The translations under genes and the position numbers were made by a program. 64,000 nt of DNA from a virus, in the IMG/VR virus record IMGVR_UViG_3300002092_001548, positions 32,001-96,000 of that record. The stretch is one strand, 5' to 3'. Positions 59,400 through 64,000 of this stretch are shown here, one piece after another. Position 1 is the stretch's first letter. Each line of letters starts with the position of its first letter. The notes below the pieces were generated by a model. That model was given only the letters and a program-made list of their open reading frames with translations, had not been told where the DNA came from and ran no database searches.

Positions 59400-60196
59400 T
59401 TATAGATTGCTTTCCATTTTTCAATGAATTAGATGTACTAGAGTTAAGACTAAATATTTTAGACTCAGTTGTCGATAAATTTGTTTTAGTGGAGGCCTCT
59501 AAAACACAATCCCTAATAGATAAACCATTTTATTTTGAGGACAATAAAGATCGATTTGCGAAATTTTTACATAAAATAGTTCATATTAAAGTGCAGGATT
59601 ATCCAAATGAGGGTGGATGGGCAATGGAAAATTTTCAAAGAAACTGTATATTAAGAGGGCTAAAACATCTAGACTTGAATACACATGATATAGTTGGAAT
59701 TTCAGATGTAGATGAAATTTGGAATCCCGATATAATTACCCATATACAAAAATCGATGAATGGGCTAGTTGACCGTCTTGCCATTGAGATGAAATATCTA
59801 GTTTTCTATTTAAACCTAGAGACACAAAATAAAAGCTGGATAGGAACTGTTTTTTCTACATATGAAAATATATTAAAAACTAGCCCACAAAATATTAGGG
59901 CATCTAAAGACAATTGCGCTAAATATATAAATGCGGGTTGGCATTTTGGATACCAAGGCGGCGCAAATAACATTTATCAGAAATATTTATCTTGTATCGA
60001 ACCAATCGATAAGTCGCTACTACCAACAAGAGAAATTTTCACACAGGAATTCCATCGCAGAATTAAAGATGGGGGTTCATTTATATTTTCCGACAACCTA
60101 TCAGACGAGTCAATCAAACTAAAAAAAATTGATACGGATCTATTGCCAGACTATATCACGAACCATATCGACGAGTATAGACATATGATTTATTAG
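59396..60196 (+). CDS. GT17-like (beta-1,4-GlcNAc transferase) glycosyltransferase
   Basis: IDCFPFFNELDVLELRL, FVLVEA, ENFQRN, SDVDEI, GWHF. Confidence 0.8.
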   Translation: MIIDCFPFFNELDVLELRLNILDSVVDKFVLVEASKTQSLIDKPFYFEDNKDRFAKFLHKIVHIKVQDYPNEGGWAMENFQRNCILRGLKHLDLNTHDIVGISDVDEIWNPDIITHIQKSMNGLVDRLAIEMKYLVFYLNLETQNKSWIGTVFSTYENILKTSPQNIRASKDNCAKYINAGWHFGYQGGANNIYQKYLSCIEPIDKSLLPTREIFTQEFHRRIKDGGSFIFSDNLSDESIKLKKIDTDLLPDYITNHIDEYRHMIY

Positions 60197-60206
60197 GATA
60201 AAAACC

Positions 60207-60235
60207 TTGACTTTATATTAATATTGTTTTATAAC
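60207..60235 (+). promoter_or_regulatory. sigma70-like promoter TTGACT-N17-TATAAC
   Basis: Near-consensus hexamers, 6 nt before ATG 60242. Confidence 0.6.
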
Positions 60236-60241
60236 TTATTT

Positions 60242-61546
60242 ATGCCCAGTAGAAAAGAAAAAATATTATCCTTTATCTCCACGCTAGAATCAGAAGAAAA
60301 TTTATCAATACCACAGTTTTGTTACAATACCAAGACTAATTCTGATCCTAAAAAAGTTTTTTATGGCGGCCCTTCTTACAGTAAAGAAGAAATCACGGAA
60401 GCTATCGATAGCCTGTTATTTGGTAAGTGGCTAGTTAGCGGAGAAAAAGTAGCTAAATTTGAAAAAGAATTTTCTAGTAAAATAAATCAAAAACATTCAG
60501 TAATGGTAAACTCTGGCAGTTCTGCCAATCTGGTTATGATTGCGGCACTCAAAAAATATTTAAAATGGAATGAAAATGATGAAATATTAATTTCCGTAGT
60601 TGGTTTTCCCACCACATTGAACCCAATCATTCAAAATAACTTAAAACCAATTTTTGTCGATATTGAATTCAATACATTGAATTTTTGCCTAAAAGATTTA
60701 GAATGTAAAATTACAAATACGACCAAAGCAATTTTTATTTCTCCAGTATTGGGCAACCCCCCAGATATGGATCTATTGATTAGCATATCACAAAAATATA
60801 ATATTCATCTAATTTTAGACGGATGCGATAGCTTCGGTAGTAAATGGAATGAAAAGTATTTAAATGAATATTGCATTGCATCCAGTTGCTCATTTTATCC
60901 CGCCCACCACCTAACTACTGGCGAAGGAGGTATGGTATCATCAAATATTGAAGAGATTGTTAATATATCGAGAAGCCTAGCTTGGTGGGGTAGGGACTGT
61001 TATTGTATTGGTAGCTGTAACCTACTAGCAAATGGATCCTGCAATAAAAGGTTTTCCAACTGGATTGCAGAAATACCGTATGAAATAGACCATAAATATT
61101 ATTTTACTAATATTGGCTATAATTTAAAACCCCTTGACCTACAGGGCGCAATAGGATTAGTACAACTAGCAAAAATGGACGAATTCGAAACAATTAGGAA
61201 AAATAATAAACAAAGAATTCAACATATCTTATCAAAGATTAATGGAATTTCTTTCCCCAATACATATCCACAATCAGATGTTTCTTGGTTTGGGGTTCCT
61301 ATTATTTGTGAATCGTTTGCAATTAAATGCAAACTAGTATCATTTTTTGAAAAGAATGGTTTACAAACAAGAAATTATTTTGCTGGAAATATTTTACTAC
61401 ACCCCGCATATAAACATTTAGACAACTATGTAAATTATCCTAATGCTAATCAAGTTTTAGAAAAAGTGTTTTTCATTGGTTGCTCGCCAACAATAAGTAC
61501 TGTAAATATAAATTATATTGCAGATCTTATTAAAACTTATGAATAG
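60242..61546 (+). CDS. rfbH: RfbH/E1-type NDP-4-keto-6-deoxyhexose 3-dehydratase (DegT/DnrJ family)
   Basis: VNSGSSANL; SFYPAHHLTTGEGG with His at the usual Schiff-base Lys position; WGRDCYC...C cluster motif; YDHKY-like IDHKY. Confidence 0.8.
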   Translation: MPSRKEKILSFISTLESEENLSIPQFCYNTKTNSDPKKVFYGGPSYSKEEITEAIDSLLFGKWLVSGEKVAKFEKEFSSKINQKHSVMVNSGSSANLVMIAALKKYLKWNENDEILISVVGFPTTLNPIIQNNLKPIFVDIEFNTLNFCLKDLECKITNTTKAIFISPVLGNPPDMDLLISISQKYNIHLILDGCDSFGSKWNEKYLNEYCIASSCSFYPAHHLTTGEGGMVSSNIEEIVNISRSLAWWGRDCYCIGSCNLLANGSCNKRFSNWIAEIPYEIDHKYYFTNIGYNLKPLDLQGAIGLVQLAKMDEFETIRKNNKQRIQHILSKINGISFPNTYPQSDVSWFGVPIICESFAIKCKLVSFFEKNGLQTRNYFAGNILLHPAYKHLDNYVNYPNANQVLEKVFFIGCSPTISTVNINYIADLIKTYE

Positions 61547-62372
61547 TAAAATAGATCTTTTTGGTGGCACGGGATTTATTGGAACAAAGTTTCTTGACCT
61601 GTATGGGACTATAACACATCTTCATGATCGTGAAGACAACGTGCCGTTAACTGGGGAATATGAAAATTTACTATACATGATAAGTACTACTGATAATTAT
61701 AATGTACTAACTAATCCACATCTTGATATAGACACCAATCTTACTAAATTAATAAAAGTACTAAATAACTGTAAAAATTCTGGCATAATATTTAATTATA
61801 TTAGCACATGGTTTGTATATGGGGACTCAGAGGTTCCAGCGAGAGAAGGCTCACCCTGCAACCCAAGGGGGTTTTACTCTATAACAAAAAAATGTGCTGA
61901 AGATTTAGTTATTAGTTTTTGCAAAACTTTTGATATAAAATATAAAATATTACGCTTAGGAAATGTTTATGGCACAAATGACAAAAACGTTTCGAAAAAG
62001 AAAAATGCGCTTGGTTATTTAACCAATGAAATAAAAAACAATAGAGATATTAATTTATATTTTAATGGAAACTTTATTAGAGACTATATACACGTAAGCG
62101 ACGCATGTAGAGCTATTAAGCTGTGTATAGAAAAAGGAGAAGTAAATTCTATTTATAATATTTCAAACGGAGTACCATTAGTATTCAAAGACTTAATAAA
62201 TTATATTATATCAAAAACACAATCTACATCGAAAATAACCCCTATAGATCAACCTAAATTTCATAAAATTGCACAAATTAAAGATATGTATCTTAATTCT
62301 GAGCGTTTATTTAGTCTGGGATATAAACCTAAAATTGATATTTTTAAAGGATTGAATATGTTGTGTAAATAG
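61539..62372 (+). CDS. NAD-dependent epimerase/dehydratase
   Basis: Likely start ATG 61539; GGTGFIG, YSITK, LRLGNVYG, RDYIHVSD. Confidence 0.85.
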   Translation: MNSKIDLFGGTGFIGTKFLDLYGTITHLHDREDNVPLTGEYENLLYMISTTDNYNVLTNPHLDIDTNLTKLIKVLNNCKNSGIIFNYISTWFVYGDSEVPAREGSPCNPRGFYSITKKCAEDLVISFCKTFDIKYKILRLGNVYGTNDKNVSKKKNALGYLTNEIKNNRDINLYFNGNFIRDYIHVSDACRAIKLCIEKGEVNSIYNISNGVPLVFKDLINYIISKTQSTSKITPIDQPKFHKIAQIKDMYLNSERLFSLGYKPKIDIFKGLNMLCK

Positions 62373-62387
62373 ACTAAAATAAAAGTC

Positions 62388-62801
62388 ATGAAATTCAAAA
62401 ACATTTACGGCAGAGAAGTAAATAAAAATATTACTCCTTATATTACAGACTGGAACGAAGTAAAAGGAAGCAAAGCGCAATTTAACGTAAAGAAATTTTT
62501 TGAACAATATTGGTCTGGACAAGTTATTTGTGAAGAATTTCCCGTGGCCGGGTCGAGAATGCGTTGTGACCTCATTAATTTTACAAAAAAGATTGCCGTA
62601 GAAACGCACGGACAACAGCACGACAAGTTCGTACCCTTCTTCCACAAGAACAGAACAAACTTTAAAAACAGCTTTAAACGCGACCTAGTCAAATATAACT
62701 GGCTGGAATTAAATGGTTTTACAGTAATAGAAATATTTGATAATGAAATCAAGGATTTGTCTCGTGAATGGATAAAAGAAAAGTTTGGTATTGAAATTTA
62801 A
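62388..62801 (+). CDS. Vsr/DUF559-like endonuclease
   Basis: EEFPV...RCDL...IAVETHGQQH...RDLVK...NGFTVIEI. Confidence 0.7.
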   Translation: MKFKNIYGREVNKNITPYITDWNEVKGSKAQFNVKKFFEQYWSGQVICEEFPVAGSRMRCDLINFTKKIAVETHGQQHDKFVPFFHKNRTNFKNSFKRDLVKYNWLELNGFTVIEIFDNEIKDLSREWIKEKFGIEI

Positions 62802-62825
62802 TTAAAAATATTGTACTATAGAAGG

Positions 62826-63434
62826 ATGAGTACCTTTTATATTGGAGTAAGTGGGGTAGCAAGGGCTGGCAAAGATAGTTTTACAAACGCTCTTCTGCAA
62901 ATCATTAATAATGACGGTTTTAATGCAAAGCGTTTTGCTCTGGCTGAACCTCTGAAAAATGATTGTAAACAATTTATACACGACAAATTAGGCCTAGATG
63001 TCTGGACGGACAATACGGAAGAAAAATCTATTTTCAGAGAACTTCTAGTCTGGTACGGAAAAGTTAAACGCCAACAAACCCAAGGAAAGTATTGGACATC
63101 GCTTTTAGATGAGCATGTAAGTCAAGTTAAACCAAAGGTTTGTATTATCTCTGATATTCGTTACCAACAATATGACGAAGATGAGGTTCACTGGCTTAAG
63201 AATAAAAAAAATGGAATTTTAATTCATATTGAAAGAACAGATATTGAAGGTAAGGTTATTCCCCCGGCCAATATGGACGAAACAATTAATGATTCGATTG
63301 TAAAAGAACACGCCGATTACAAAGTATGTTGGCCTACAGTTGGTGTAGAGGATCTTTATCTTCTCGACACTTACGCAAAAAACGCTTATGATTCAGTAGT
63401 CCGAGAAAAACTATATGCAACAAAAAATTCGTAG
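62826..63434 (+). CDS. deoxynucleoside monophosphate kinase
   Basis: Likely start ATG 62826; GVSGVARAGKD, ALAEPLK, ISDIRY. Confidence 0.8.
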   Translation: MSTFYIGVSGVARAGKDSFTNALLQIINNDGFNAKRFALAEPLKNDCKQFIHDKLGLDVWTDNTEEKSIFRELLVWYGKVKRQQTQGKYWTSLLDEHVSQVKPKVCIISDIRYQQYDEDEVHWLKNKKNGILIHIERTDIEGKVIPPANMDETINDSIVKEHADYKVCWPTVGVEDLYLLDTYAKNAYDSVVREKLYATKNS

Positions 63435-64000
63435 TGTCAATGTAGAGAAGCACGTTCTAGCGGGGTTCATCAAGCACCCGCAGTCGTATCACGATGTAGC
63501 TCATTTTATCAATGAGCAAGACTTTACTAATGGTCATAAGACTATTTTTGGGGTTATCAAGAATCAGATTATTCACAATCAGCCGCTTGACGCAGTTATT
63601 ATTGCCGAGAAGATGAAGAATCTTGGTATTAACTTCAATAAGCCTGATTTTAATATTTTTGACTACGTTGAGAGTCTTACTTTCCTCAAGATTAGTGAGA
63701 AGTCACTACTGGCATCATGTAAAGAGCTAAAAACCGTAACGATCAGAAGAGAAATTTCCGAAGTTTCCTCGCAAATTCAAGAAGCGATGGCTGGCGCTGG
63801 CGACCAGAGTCCAGATAAGATTATTAGTCTTGCTGATAAAATGTATAATGATAAGATTAGTGCATATGATTTAGATGTTAAACCTGAGGATTTATTTGCT
63901 AATATCGAGCAGATGATTGAAGAGAGGGCTAACGCGCCAGTTAGTGAATTAGGATACGTAACCCCTTATAAGAACTTTAATCAGATGTATGGTGGGCTAA
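63415..64000 (+). CDS. DnaB-like replicative helicase, N-terminal part (runs off window)
   Basis: Open frame MQQKIRSVNVEKHVLAG...QDFTNGHKTIF...GYVTPYKNFNQMYGGL; DnaB N-domain pattern. Confidence 0.75.
   Translation, partial: MQQKIRSVNVEKHVLAGFIKHPQSYHDVAHFINEQDFTNGHKTIFGVIKNQIIHNQPLDAVIIAEKMKNLGINFNKPDFNIFDYVESLTFLKISEKSLLASCKELKTVTIRREISEVSSQIQEAMAGAGDQSPDKIISLADKMYNDKISAYDLDVKPEDLFANIEQMIEERANAPVSELGYVTPYKNFNQMYGGL

Noticed and set aside
280-62752. Numerous short antisense or alternate-frame ORFs in the track (e.g. 6833..7309-, 18619..19011-, 20084..20458-, 46377..46712-)
   Set aside because: They shadow well-supported genes and lack recognisable motifs. Only 51759..51953 and 39203..39430 were kept, because of their shared Cys pattern.
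1-64000. CRISPR array, tRNA, rRNA, integrase or transposase
   Set aside because: No regularly spaced repeats or recognisable motifs were seen by eye. The 44228-44339 cloverleaf lacks tRNA D/T-loop consensus. A tRNA scan was not run.
1-64000. Stop-codon reassignment
   Set aside because: Standard-code ORFs tile the window densely, and TAA, TAG and TGA all end genes at sensible boundaries.

Overview
This 64 kb window is an AT-rich segment of a large tailed dsDNA phage read in the standard genetic code. It is probably a siphovirus-like virion, since no sheath gene is recognisable. The + strand from 1 to 39.2 kb is morphogenesis. It runs: terminase end, portal, a fibre-like protein, an embedded lysis cassette, a protease-scaffold fusion, decoration and major capsid proteins, neck genes, two paralogous tail-tube genes separated by a sulfotransferase-like fusion, chaperones, a 1960-aa tape measure, tail tip/fibre genes and Cys-rich proteins. 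A short leftward operon (39.2-44.2 kb) holds an annealing protein and glycosyltransferases. A structured intergenic element marks the divergence point. A rightward block (44.4-64 kb) encodes a sigma factor, SSB, class I RNR, RecA, a large glycan synthesis/modification cluster, a nuclease, a dNMP kinase and the start of DnaB. The main candidate novel system is phage-encoded virion glycosylation: many virion proteins are strongly enriched in [S/T]-G dipeptides (a putative sequon), alongside about 8 glycosyltransferase-like genes, 4 methyltransferases, nucleotide-sugar enzymes and a tail-module sulfotransferase. Other highlights are GY[IV]PNF-delimited modules in the tape measure (one nuclease-like), a bipartite late promoter RGTGYC-N16-RTGTAA, a tandem-GA cloverleaf element, a split GT9 and a perfect 68-bp direct repeat. 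All product calls come from motifs, synteny and recall of protein families; no searches were run.
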